Part shown: piece by piece, positions 34,759 through 46,134 of the stretch
How the letters are laid out: every line of letters starts with the position of its first letter
Numbering within the stretch: position 1 is the stretch's first letter
DNA from: Picochlorum sp. SENEW3
Taxonomy: Eukaryota
Direction of reading: 5' to 3'
Assembly (NCBI GenBank): GCA_034226945.1
Contig: CP120456.1
Coordinates: 248,001 to 312,000, forward strand
Length of the DNA: 64,000 nucleotides
The notes under the pieces: model-generated
What the model saw: the letters and a program-made list of their open reading frames with translations, nothing else
The model's database searches: none
Told to the model about the DNA's origin: nothing
Program-made: the position numbers and the translations under genes

Positions 34759-35736
34759 CTACTTCCGCATGAAGACAGTTGCTGCTGCCCCATGAATACC
34801 TCGCGTGAGGAGACCAGATACTTTACGTAATCGTTGCGTTGCAAATCTTGACAGATCAGATATCAACGAAAGAGGAAATGCAATCGCCTGGACCATACCA
34901 TCAAGCCATGCAGATGACACTGTCCCCAACACATACAGAATAGACAGGTCAAATGCTTGCAGCGCAAATCCTATAACTTGGGGGACAATCAAGGCACCAA
35001 GTGCTAAAGGTTGAACAGATGGAGAGAGTTGGGACACATAATGTTCACCCACATGCCGAGCCGCTGCATCAAGAATCCAACCAAATCCATAAAAACTTAT
35101 ACTAACAAGATGCCTCCCAAAATTGAACGTTGACAAGCAGACCTCCATCAGCATACAAGACACTATATTCATTGTCATGGGCCTCAAAGCATGCAGATTT
35201 GTCCGCGCTGCGATGAGAATCTTGGGAAACCTGGGCACAGCTTGGATCAACTGTGCCACACTAAACAGGGAGCTATAGAGCCACATGGCATCATCAAAGA
35301 GCGCTAGAAACCGAAATGCAGGACTATTTGCCACTCTATTCTTCCACACAAGGAATCTGTAGCGCACCCATGCGCCTGTACCAATGTCTGTGCGAATATC
35401 AAGAGGCAGTTCTGTAAACGTTGCGTGACACAACTCGCATTTGTTCCAATTCTCTACGCCCTCCTCGTTTCGTTCCAATTTAACTTTCATCCAATTATCT
35501 AGACACCCTATATGGATATACTTTTGCGTCCCTGAGCAATTGCAAGGCGACACCATGGCTTCCTCTGTAAATTGAAAATTACACGGCATTGTCAGCCATA
35601 TTCACCATCAATAACAGACAGCGTCACACATACCAGATTCTGAGTATAAACCCCAGCATAAACGGCACATGGCATCCCTCGGGATGGTCAAGTCCGATAA
35701 TGGGTGCGATTCGACTCGCTTTCGCTTCGTCGCCAT
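34759..35736 (-). CDS. RING-variant (C4HC3, MARCH-like) membrane E3 ligase, 2 exons
   Basis: Spliced CRLCW...SPCNCSGTQKYIHIGCLDNW...CELC, followed by hydrophobic segments. Confidence 0.8.
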
Positions 35737-35834
35737 TGTATTATTCTAAACAAGGCGCGAGTGACGATATTATACCAATATCACAAGAATCTAAATATTT
35801 ATATAACAGGAATCCCATGGTCAAAAGTGTCCAT

Positions 35835-37545
35835 CTAGAAGACAAGCTGATCTGGACTCTCAATAATCTGCTTCAATGTCTGCAAAAATTCAGCAGCATG
35901 GGCACCGTACACGATTCTGTGATCGGCGGTGATATTGACAGTCATTTGCTTTTCAATTCCCATTCTTCCATTGGCATCCACGGACACAACTGGCTTGGAG
36001 CCACCAACGGCCAGAATAGCAGCAGTTCCTGGTGGCAAGATGGCATCAAAGTTGTCAACTCCAAACATTCCCAAGTTGGAGATTGTGAATGTACCTGTGG
36101 TGAATTCATCTGGAGCAAGCTGCTTGGCACGAGCACGCTTGACGAGGTCTGCCCAGTCTTTGCTCATGCTGTAAATGTCGGTTTCATTTGCATTCTTCAA
36201 TACTGGTGTGATCAGCCCTCCATCAGGCATTGCAACTGCCATTGCAATGTTGATATTCTCGCTGTAGGTGATGCCAGATCCATCTGGAGTGCAAGAGGCG
36301 TACAAAAGTGGATGAGATTCAAGAGCATTTCCACATGCCTTTGCAAGAAGGGCAGTCATGGTGACACCCTTTGGCTTCAATTTACGGTACAATGTATCAA
36401 GCTTGTCAGTTGAGATTGTCATAGACACTCTAAATTCTGGCACAGCGAGAGACTCAATCATGTTGCGGCTCACAGCCTGCTGCAGGGATGTGAATGGAAC
36501 TGTTGTTCCCTTCAAATCAGAAACGCTTGTGGCTTCTGGTGCTGCCACTGGAGCTGGAGCAGCTGGAGCAGCGGCTGCTGGGGCTGGAGTGGCAGCGGCT
36601 GCTGGAGCTGGGGCTGGAGCGCCTCCTTTGCCTGCATTTTCGACATCTGATGCTGTAATTCTTCCATTTGGTCCAGATCCTGCAATAGTGGCCAAATCAA
36701 CACCAAGCTTCTGAGCAAGCTTCTTGGCATATGGCGTGGCAATGATTCTGCCATCAGCTCTCTTCTGAGGAACTGGAGCTGGAGCAGCTGGGGCAGCTGG
36801 GGCTGGGGCAGCTGGGGCAGCCGGAGCAGGAGCAGCCGCAGCAGGAGCGGCTGGAGCTGGAGCCTCAGCAGCTGGAGCAGGAGCCTCTGGCTCAGCAGCT
36901 GGAGCTGCAGCTGGGGCTGGTGCAGCACCTATAGGCACACATATCACGCACTCGATTAGATCAGATCCATCGGTCGCGCTCTTATTGAACCAACAACATT
37001 CCTATAACACAAACATACCTCCACTTCCCTTTGACTTGGCTTCGGCCAAATCAGCCTCTGATTCCGCAATGTATGCAATCGCACTTCCCACATTTGCCAT
37101 TTCTCCCTCCTGGATCACAACAGAACCCAAGATTCCATCGCTGAAGGACTCCACATCCATATCAGCCTTATCTGCACGCAACGAAAACAACCAGCATACG
37201 TCAACCATCGAATCTTCGATCGGCTATCAACCGCATTATAAATCCGTCATATGGATTGATCGAACCCGTCTGCATCAACAATGCATTCCATCGACGTTAC
37301 GAATTGATCACACGCATCGCACCTGACTCGACGACGACGAGAGCCTCTCCTCTGGTCACCTTGTCTCCAGGAGATTTAAGCCAGCTTACAATCTTACCCT
37401 CTGTCATCGTAGATGACAATGCTGGCATGAAAACTTCCTTGACGGCATTCATAGGGGTGACCGGTCTTCTGCCTGACACCTTGGTGCCTCTGCTCTGTGG
37501 CACAAGGGAAGCCCCGATCTTGGATGTCATACTAGATGTGAACAT
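35835..37545 (-). CDS. DLA2: Plastid pyruvate dehydrogenase E2 (dihydrolipoamide acetyltransferase), 3 exons
   Basis: MPALSSTMTEGKIVSW lipoyl domain with VES-DKADMDVE, E3-binding ATPYAKKLA, Pro/Ala linkers and catalytic TADHRIVYG. Confidence 0.93.
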
Positions 37546-37751
37546 TTTGATCCGATTGATTAATTTATAAATGATGGGTGGGGGCGGAGGAGGAGGAATT
37601 ATAGGGCGATCGTGACTCTGGGGGTGTTGACGCGATCCGTCAGCAGTCTACACGAGTGCTCTGCAAGGGTCCGTTCGGGCCTCGCCTTGGATGGGAGGGC
37701 CCTAGCCACTACTGTGCACTACTGTTACAGGTATAATATCAGTTCTTCAAC

Positions 37752-40100
37752 TTATTGCAGAGGTCTTTTTAGAAAAGACCAGATCTCATTGCTCAAGGAG
37801 GATCCTCGTGGCTTGTCCTTCATGACAGAGCCCTTTGTTTGGAGCTTGAGGAGGACGTCTTTGCTTGTTGAAATACCCTGGCTCTCTGAGAGTTCAATCT
37901 TTCTCTTTTCTTGGGCGGCGTGGCGGCACATGTGCTTCATCGCCAGGTCTGCTAGCTCCGACGTTGCTCCGTCTCCCCCTGCAGATGTGGGGACTGGTCC
38001 GTAATAGAATTTGAAACGCTGCTGCAGTACAGATCTTCTCTTTTTGAATTCCTCCTCTTGAGGAAAGTTTCGAAGGTAATCCACTACTTCTCGAAGATCA
38101 TCTACGTGTACAACTTCCTGCTCTAATGTACTGTCATCAAGCGGCCAAAGGTGCGAAACCAGCCTGTTCTGCAAATGGTGTGAGGAGTTGGCATCAATCC
38201 AGTTGGAGTTTGTGACGTTAATAAATATACCCATGGATTTGTAATCTACATCCAACTCCAGAGGAAGAGAATGGAAAGGAGGCCCTATAAATACTGGTAT
38301 ACATCCTGACAGAATAACTTCGCTCAAGCGTCTACTTGACTGCGTGTTTGAGGGCAACACTGGACAGAAGCGGGACCTCCTGTATCCTTCCATGACTTGG
38401 TGATGAGGCGTATGGTTATCGCAAATATCGCAAGAGCATTGTACATCGATATCGTCTTCATTTCGCTCTGTTTCTATCATATGAACGAGATGATATCGCA
38501 GCATTTTACCAGCAGCAAACAGCCCTCGTACGGAGGGATGTGGGTGTCCACAGCCTCCTCTATAGTACAATAGCAGATCTCTCTCTACTTTCTCCAAGTC
38601 GTTCTCTAAATCAAGGTCGAGTGTTGCTACATACGGCATGATCAGTGATAAACCACGTGATGCCGAATCTGGAGTCCAAACACACAGTGATGAGCGCTCT
38701 GGAACCAAGTGGAATGCAGATGCTAAATCCTCACACATGGCCTCTTCTTTGAACAACCCTCTCATGATTGGACTGGGATGAACAAAGACAAAGTCACCAC
38801 CCTTGGATGCGGTGAATCTTTGGGATTTGACAATCTTGTCCAATGTCTTCCTCATGTAGGGCTCTGGGTCTGTTGTGTTTCTGTTTCCCAGCGGGTGGAT
38901 ATATGCCAACCAAGCCATATGGTAGCAAAACATGTCTACAAATATCAGGTCTGCTTTATCAGGATTTTCTTCGTACATTGAGCTGCTACGTATACTTTGA
39001 GCCAACCAGTATTCAGAAGCATACTGATAGTCCTCGGGAGCAAGGGTGCCGACGCCGTCGATTCCCCAGTTTCGTCGAGAGAATGGCCAGATTCTCTTGA
39101 AGTTGAGATTGCAATTTCTTGCCCGGACTTCTGGACCAATGTCTTTGTTGACGTCTACAACATGAATTTTGCATGATTCTGCTGCATTGCCACTATCAGC
39201 TGCCAGATCACTTCCAGCGACAGGAGGGTCTCTGGTGACTGCTCTACGAATTCTCCAAGACTTTCTCTTGGATTTACTTCCAGGAAGCCACCAAGATTTA
39301 TCGCGAGATAAATTCTGCCAGCCCTCCAAGTCTTCACTCTCCAGTCCATCACTCAGTGATTCTAAAAATGCTACTTTGCTGCTATCTACGGTAATCTCTC
39401 TAGAGCCACCCTTTACAAGAGGCTGGGATACTACGACCGTTTCTGGTCTATCAATGGCTGCAGCTATTGCTGCTTGTTTCATTGATGGGTCTTCCTTGAC
39501 AGCCTCATGCACCTCATCTGACAATACGCCAGTCTCTGAGGATGGTGGGTCGACAACCGTCCTTTCGTCAGGGTCTACATCATCGTTACTATTTAGGTCG
39601 CTGGAAGATTGAAAGTTCGCTCCTCCACCACTGAGCTGCCCGAACGAGTCTTGATTCACCAAGTGCTCTGTGTTGAGGGTATCTGCTATTTCGAGAGCCT
39701 CTCGTTGTCGTGCCTCGCTGTTCTCAATATTCCTCGGTCGATGGGGGTCATTATGTTTTCTACTTCCAATGTTGTCTTTTCCCAAATCGTCATGTCGAAC
39801 ATAGTCCTGGAATCCCACGTCGGGTCTGACAAAGAGCATGCCAAATAAGAAGAGCATGGAAACCATACCCATGTACACCATGGCGGGTCTACGAGGCCCT
39901 ATCTTGCTTTTACTGGGCGTATTTGGCTGGTCTTCATATCCAGATTCGATATTCCTGCAACAGCAAAGCATTTCACCGTCAATGCGTACCCTGACACACT
40001 CTTCTCCACCGAGAAAACCGTACCTGCCGGCTCGAATTCCCACCGCGTATCCTTTGGGCTTTTTAGCCACAGCCGTACCCCTGAAAAATTCTCTCATCAT
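37752..40100 (-). CDS. Exostosin-like glycosyltransferase (GT47), type II membrane protein
   Basis: N-terminal TM, PDKADLIFV, LLYYRGG, SRFCPVLP...RRLSEVILSGCIPVFI; probable in-frame 69-nt intron 40023-39955. Confidence 0.85.
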   Translation of the reverse strand: MMREFFRGTAVAKKPKGYAVGIRAGRYGFLGGEECVRVRIDGEMLCCCRNIESGYEDQPNTPSKSKIGPRRPAMVYMGMVSMLFLFGMLFVRPDVGFQDYVRHDDLGKDNIGSRKHNDPHRPRNIENSEARQREALEIADTLNTEHLVNQDSFGQLSGGGANFQSSSDLNSNDDVDPDERTVVDPPSSETGVLSDEVHEAVKEDPSMKQAAIAAAIDRPETVVVSQPLVKGGSREITVDSSKVAFLESLSDGLESEDLEGWQNLSRDKSWWLPGSKSKRKSWRIRRAVTRDPPVAGSDLAADSGNAAESCKIHVVDVNKDIGPEVRARNCNLNFKRIWPFSRRNWGIDGVGTLAPEDYQYASEYWLAQSIRSSSMYEENPDKADLIFVDMFCYHMAWLAYIHPLGNRNTTDPEPYMRKTLDKIVKSQRFTASKGGDFVFVHPSPIMRGLFKEEAMCEDLASAFHLVPERSSLCVWTPDSASRGLSLIMPYVATLDLDLENDLEKVERDLLLYYRGGCGHPHPSVRGLFAAGKMLRYHLVHMIETERNEDDIDVQCSCDICDNHTPHHQVMEGYRRSRFCPVLPSNTQSSRRLSEVILSGCIPVFIGPPFHSLPLELDVDYKSMGIFINVTNSNWIDANSSHHLQNRLVSHLWPLDDSTLEQEVVHVDDLREVVDYLRNFPQEEEFKKRRSVLQQRFKFYYGPVPTSAGGDGATSELADLAMKHMCRHAAQEKRKIELSESQGISTSKDVLLKLQTKGSVMKDKPRGSSLSNEIWSFLKRPLQ

Positions 40101-40651
40101 TCAAGATATGAAAGAGAATTCCTATGGAGAATGGTATCAATGGTGTCGCACACAATTTCCTGTTGTTCCCTCCACTGCCCTTTCGCCCACTGCTCAGCAG
40201 TCGATTTCTCACAACAGGCTCCAAAAGGTGCTCTCTTTCTCAATAATATATTTAGTTAGAACAATCTCTGAATTCTGTTGGTTAAACGTGAGCCAGGTTC
40301 GTCAATAGGCTGTTAGCACACTGCCAGATCTCGCTGTCGACCGAGTCCGGGAGGGCTTCTGTCCATCGATGAAACCATGAAATCTGATGCAGTATGCGTC
40401 CTATGATACAATTAATATCTATAAATGGAGTTGGCATCACGTTGATCTAGTCTGAGGAGGAGAAAGTCGGTTGCGTCAACAGCGATTTGGCCACTTCCTT
40501 GCTCCGCATGCATGGCCCCTTTGACGGGGAGGCTTCGCATGCTAGGAAAAGGGGGAAGAGTGAACCCCTTTTCATTTATTTAATGGCCGCACTGGCAATA
40601 AATAAATCAAAGTTTTCTGACAAAATATCCGAGAATTTTTCCAAAATAAAG

Positions 40652-41582
40652 ATGGCACGCGTATTGTCATTGCTCATTGTGCTGTATATGCTTTCAGGGC
40701 TGTGCTCACCTGGGCAAGCAAAGAGACTCCCTGGGGCAAATCCCGAAAAGATTTTGTACAAGAAGGTTAAAAATTATAAATTATACCTTCATGTGTTCTA
40801 TCCAAAGAAGAAATCCAACCGCCCAGTGCCAGCTGCAGTGTTTTTCCATGCCGGTGGTTGGAACAGTGGAGACCCAGAGCAGTTCTATTCTCAAGCAAAG
40901 CATTTGGCCGACAAAGGTCTTGTTGGTATCAGCGTGGAGTACCGAATAAAGAATAAGCACAAGTCACATCCATTTGATTCCGTCGAGGACGCGAAGAGCG
41001 CTATGCGCTTCATCAGAAAGAATGCCAAGAATAAGGGAGTGTTCAAAGTTCCCATCAGAAGAAATAAAATAGCAGCAGGAGGTGCGTCTGCAGGAGGACA
41101 TCTTGCCGCAGCAATGGCTACGTTATCAGGATTCAATGCGAAATCAGATGATACATCAATCTCGACCGTTCCAAATGCCCTGATCCTTTTCTGCCCTGGT
41201 AAGTTGTTAGACTAGCTTGATGCTCTTGTGCCCTGCTACGAGCCAATAATTCTCTTCATCATCTTTTTATGCAGTATATGATAACGGTCCTGGGGGATAT
41301 GCGTACGGGCGACCAGGGATTGCTGCGAATTACAGAAAATTCTCCCCACTCCACAATATTTCAAAGAAAATGCCCTCAACAATTGTATTCTTGGGCACAA
41401 AGGATGTCCTTACACCAGTACCCACCGCTAAAAAGTTTCAGCGATTGATGAAGAAAGAAGGTGTCACGTCGATACTTCGCTTGTACAAAGGTCAGGGACA
41501 TGGCTTTTTCAACTATGGAAAAGAGTATGACAAGACTCTGAAGCAGATGGATCAATTTTTGAAAAAGCGAAAGTATTTCTAA
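40652..41582 (+). CDS. Secreted, Lys-rich bacterial-type alpha/beta esterase, 2 exons
   Basis: Signal peptide, FHAGGW, GASAGGHLAA, intron 41199-41274 restoring CP-VYDNGPGGY, then SPLHNI, GTKD and GHGFFN. Confidence 0.82.
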
Positions 41583-41960
41583 GCAACTCAAAAAGTATAT
41601 GTTCTTTGTATTTTTACACGTGTATTCTTGCATACAAGCTAATCTCATTCATATTTAAATACTGCCTACACCATGATGCATTCCTCCATGTACGGCCTCT
41701 CGCCAGGAGTCGGCGAAGGCGCCACCAAACGCTGTCAACCCGATCACGGACGGAAGAGGGTTGACCGACACCCGTTGTTGAATGTCTTTGAATCCTACCG
41801 ATCTTCTTATACTCTCTAATCTGCGCAATATACATTGTGACACTAAAAATAATATCGTCAACCCATATTGAGTAGTAGTAGCCAATGAATGTTTATTGTC
41901 CATGGAGAATGTCCACAGTGAGCAAGGCTGACAAGGCTAAACCACGCAAGACTGAACAGC

Positions 41961-43910
41961 ATGGGCGATATTTTATTTTCACCGACAGAGGAGAAGAGTC
42001 TTCGAGAGACATATGCTATATCTTCAGTCATGGGAAATAACGTCCAAGATTTGATCACTTTTTCTTCTTCTTCATCATCAATATCGGATGAGGGACCTGA
42101 GGCATTGCCTCAAAGGACAGAGAGCCTAATCACACCTGAAGAGTCCGTTCTAGGCCGTCAAAATGTAGACTCAGGGAGTTCAGATGTTTCTAAACCACCA
42201 CAAGATTCTAGGCCAATGGACCTGAAACGAGCGGAATGTCGAGCTCAGTTTTGGGAGAACTATGCAAAGCAAATCTTGCGCATGTGCCATTTCGATCAAC
42301 GCCAGAATAACGTAGGTGAAATGCGTGATGACCATGAGAAACACCGAGATCAAGATAACCATTGCTCAGAGGAGCGATTGAATGAGATGGCGGTCCAAAT
42401 GCGCGAGCTTGGTGAAAGTCTGAATCAACTGAAAATGCATGGAGAGGAGGAGGAGAAACGGATACAGTGCCTGGAGGCAGAGTTAAAACGAACAGAGCGG
42501 ATTAAGAATAGCTATAAGAAAGAAATATCTTCCCTCAAATCTTTGCTAGAGGAGAATACGAAGCACGTTGTGGCGAGACCCGATAATGACGCAGCAGCAA
42601 TGCAGGTATCTTTTGTTATTGGTATTCAAGCACTGTACTGAATCCATGAGAATTGACTGTATCACAAAATCATGCAGAGCAAAATATCATCACTGAGAAT
42701 ACATGTGGAGAGCTTGAAGGGCAGAGTAGACAAGATCCAAGCTGAGAAGAATGTGCTTCAAGGAGACCATGAGGAATTGAAGGATAGGTGTTCTAGGAGG
42801 GAGGAAGCTCTTGAAAGAGCTCAGAAACGATGCAGAGATCTTGAGGTGCAAATTAAACAGTATGGAAAGGACAATGTATCACAGTATCAAGATATCCGCA
42901 ACTCTAACGAGACAACACCTCCCACAGACACTTGTACCACATCTGATCTTTCTTGTGAAGATGACGAGTGTTCTTTGTCACCAGCGGGCAGCGTTTCTCA
43001 GTCCAGTCCAATGCCTTCATCACATAGTAGCAGAGAAGAAATAGAATACATTGACGCAAGCACATCGATGGAAGAGACTGATAGCCTGCGCATCGGTCAT
43101 GAAGAGCACATAGTACCACCAGAGGCAATGCAGCTAGACAAGGAGGAGGAAAGAGCAACCCAGGAACAAGATGACGACGAGGAGGAACGGCAAACGTGTG
43201 ACTCCATGATACATGAGACACTCTATCGCAGCGTTTTTGGTGATGTGGATGTCTCGAATGTGGAAGCCGTGATTCTGAAAGCTGATGAAACCTTGGAGAG
43301 GTGCACATCCAGCATCAAACTGCTCCTGGAAAAGCTACAGGTAGCAGAGGACGAAGCAAACCAGCTACAGTCCTTGTGCGCCAACCAATACGATCAAATA
43401 TACTCGTATAAAAATACCTGCAGCCACCTCCATGCCAAAAAAGTGCATTTGGAAAATTACATTGCCAGACTTGAGCAGTCATCATCTGAATACCAAGGTC
43501 AGATGGAGCACCTTCTTGCCAATCAAAGACACGCTGCAGCACAGGAATCTCACCATCTACATCAAGAACTTCAGCTCATGTCAGAGGAGCAAGCTCGCCT
43601 TCTTGTCAAGCTACAGGCATCTGAGAATGACCTGGTCAAAGCACGTGCCTTGTGTCGGCAATTGAGTTCATCCACCAGAGGAGTGGAGCAGCCTGATGCA
43701 GAGGATGATCTGGGCCGGTCGATTCCATCTTCACCTGGAGACAATGGCTCCACAATTCCAACTGCGATCTACCCTGGTATTCAAAAGCAAATGACAGCAC
43801 ATGAGGACTCTTCTGGTCCAATGAATGTTGTTCAGAGATTAACAAGTATTGCACAAGGATTAAAAAACATTTCCTCCTCTGGTACAGTTGAACAAATCGA
43901 AATTATGTAG
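41961..43910 (+). CDS. Coiled-coil protein of unknown function, 2 exons
   Basis: Two ORFs joined by a GT-AG intron near 42606-42677; long heptad stretches. Confidence 0.65.
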
Positions 43911-45000
43911 ATGGATTTGATGGAATCCATGAAATATCGCAGAGATATACCCAAGCAGTCACGCTTTAGCCCAAATCTGGGCAAAGTCGTGTACGCTCTG
44001 TTGATTGGTGGGCCAGTTTTGAATGTCCATTCACTTCTCTACGCACTCCCATCATTCATTCAATTAGCATTAATTGCACTATTAGGTATAGGTTTACTCC
44101 GAATTCTAATACGGTTTAAGCGATGGAACGATGAGATGATTCATTTGAACAAGTTTGTTCGAGCAACGTTGACGCTCGTTGCTGTTGTACTCCTCGAAAA
44201 CTTTTGCACATGGTACGTCCATACGCGCTTTTCTGATGCAGTTCACTTACTGATGAACATCTACTATACCATATAGGGCCACCTCAGCGTCGGATGCTCG
44301 CAAGTATGACTACGAACCTCTTCAGGACAATGTGGAACTTGCCACCCTCTGGGTATTCTCAAAGTCTCCACTCCTTCGGACAATCATCATGGGGTGGCGT
44401 GTGGATATGCACTGGTTGTTGTACTCATTTGTTTGCTTATGCATCTCTGTTGCTTGGGATGCAGTTCCATACTCGGGTTTTGGAATCGCTGCGCGATTCA
44501 TGGACACCATTGCGTGGTCTCACCTGATCAGGACGTTTGCCTTTATGATTACAATCCTCCCCAACCCAAGACCAGGATGCTACAACGCTAATTTCCCACC
44601 AGTGCCATCGAGTATATGGGAGTTTATCAAGATTGGGTTTGGAGCGAAACGGGGAAGTGGATGCAACGATCTCGTCATCAGTGGGCATGGGGTGGTGTAT
44701 GCTGTTGTTCCCTTGGCCCTGCAGACCTTTTACAGACACCATGGTGCTACTGCCATTGCGTGGGCTGCCGTCATCAAGCTCTGTATTCAAGAGACAGTAG
44801 ATAAGACTCATTATAGCGTAGACATGTTCCTTGCAGTCGTCATTGCAGGCCTTGTATGGCACTGGAGACAGGACGTGTACTCGGCCTCTGCCACGTGGAA
44901 GACACGTCAAAGTCAGTCTGCAGATCCAGTCCCAAAGGGATTGGTCGCTCTCGTGATTGGTATTCTTATTGTTGTTTTTATCGGTGTCAAAGGAGTGTGA
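43911..45000 (+). CDS. Sphingomyelin/IPC synthase-family membrane protein (plant PLM-like), 2 exons
   Basis: TILPNPRPGC, GCNDLVISGH and HYSVD motifs; intron 44213-44276. Confidence 0.8.
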
Positions 45001-45004
45001 AAAT

Positions 45005-45586
45005 ATGATGATTGCCTCAAAACCTGTCCAGATGCGATGCATCCCACGCCATTCCCGGGGTGTGCTCAGACAGCATCAAAGATCTGCCATCAAAACCACG
45101 GCGCTGATGGTCCCAGATGCATACGGGTATGTTGATCGATGAATTAAATAGGCAATGATTCATAGTCATGCCTACTATGTGAATTCCAGGTATGTGATGG
45201 GGTCTATTGGGGTAGCAGCTCTTGTTGTTCAATGGATGAGCGTCAAAGTTGCGCTTGCCCGACGTACGTATGGGGTTTCGTATCCAGCGATGATGGCAGA
45301 AGGGGACGATGAAGGGTCAAAGACATTCAATTGCATACAACGAAGCCATCAGAACACGTTGGAGACTCTCCCTACAGCTGTCGCATTACAGATGCTCATG
45401 GGTTTGAAATTCCCCATCACAGCAGCATGTATGGGGTTCGCATGGTCCTTGGGCCGTATCGCATATGCTTTTGGGTATAGCACTGGTGATCCGGCAAAGA
45501 GAATGCCTGGAAGTGCAGTCAGTGGAATCATCTACTTGGCACTGATTGTTGGTACATTTGTGGCTGGATATCAAACAGTGTTTTAA
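45005..45586 (+). CDS. MAPEG-family microsomal glutathione S-transferase (MGST3-like) with N-terminal extension, 2 exons
   Basis: ARRTYGVSYP, FNCIQRSHQNTLE, GRIAYAFGYSTGDP.KR; intron 45127-45189. Confidence 0.88.
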
Positions 45587-45731
45587 GAATCAATGAATTA
45601 CACAGACACATGTAACAAGTATTATTACTAATATACACCTGCAACACACAAGAAGATTGAACATGTCACACTGTTTGTATACATCTGTCTCAGACAAAAA
45701 GAAGAAGGAGAAGAAAAAGTTGACTGCACAT

Positions 45732-45819
45732 GTGCGTCGGATGATAATAGAGTGTTCACATCAATGTTGTACACATCAGTGGGAATCCGACTATAACTCT
45801 TCGTATTCTTCACTCGCAC
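45732..45819 (-). ncRNA. Box C/D snoRNA; D' guide to LSU rRNA GGGAAUCCGACU
   Basis: Terminal stem GTGCG/CGCAC, box C variant GTGAAGA, D' CTGA preceded by a 12-nt antisense to conserved LSU rRNA (45781-45792), D variant CCGA. Confidence 0.7.
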
Positions 45820-45844
45820 GTATACGTAATCAGAATATACAATG

Positions 45845-45980
45845 CATAGAGTCTCAGACATCCAAGGAAGCTTGGAACCGCATCAGCTCTCAAGCCTGCG
45901 CAGGCGAAAGCTCTAGTTCGGGCACTGCGAATGTTTATGAGAAACGCCCTGAATTGGAAATGTCAATCCTTGACTCTATG
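45845..45980 (-). ncRNA. U14: U14 snoRNA
   Basis: Domain A CATTCGCAGT (antisense to 18S ACUGCGAAUG), plant-like Y domain GAGCTTTCGCC..AGGCTTGAGAGC, domain B CTTCCTTGGATGT directly before box D CTGA, 9-bp flanking stem CATAGAGTC/GACTCTATG. Confidence 0.93.
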
Positions 45981-46016
45981 ACATCATATCTGAACAAAAC
46001 ACAGTATCACGCATAT

Positions 46017-46105
46017 GACTGCTCAGGACAGCGGGGAAATGTGTCAGCACGACGTTTCTCAGTCCTGTTGAGTTTGATTTTTGTTGCGTCATCTTCATCG
46101 CAGTC
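46017..46105 (-). ncRNA. Box C/D snoRNA with two guides to adjacent LSU rRNA sites
   Basis: Stem GACTGC/GCAGTC, C GCGATGA, D' CTGA, C' GTGCTGA, D CTGA; guides antisense to CAGCGGGGAAA (46029-46039) and CCUGUUGAG(c)UUGA (46064-46077). Confidence 0.87.
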
Positions 46106-46134
46106 GTCACGGCATGATTCGCGCGTCTTACTCT

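Noticed and set aside
35737..35834. 98-nt gap between the DLA2 stop and the RING-variant ATG as a polycistronic junction
   Set aside because: The gap contains a TATA-like TATATAAA, so an independent promoter is plausible.
35589..36413. 274-aa plus-strand ORF and similar antisense ORFs elsewhere
   Set aside because: Shadow ORFs opposite well-supported genes.
36540..36930. GCTGGAGC/GCTGGGGC tandem-like repeats
   Set aside because: They encode the ordinary Pro/Ala linkers of PDH E2 and are not an array or CRISPR.
41655..41903. Small minus-strand ORF (82 aa, possible 42-nt intron)
   Set aside because: No recognisable motif and a weak donor site; cannot be supported without expression data.
45748..45758. 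11-nt match to 18S TAGAGTGTTCA as the D-box methylation guide of the last snoRNA
   Set aside because: It lies 7 nt from the D-like CCGA, outside the D+5 register; it could only be an accessory pairing element.
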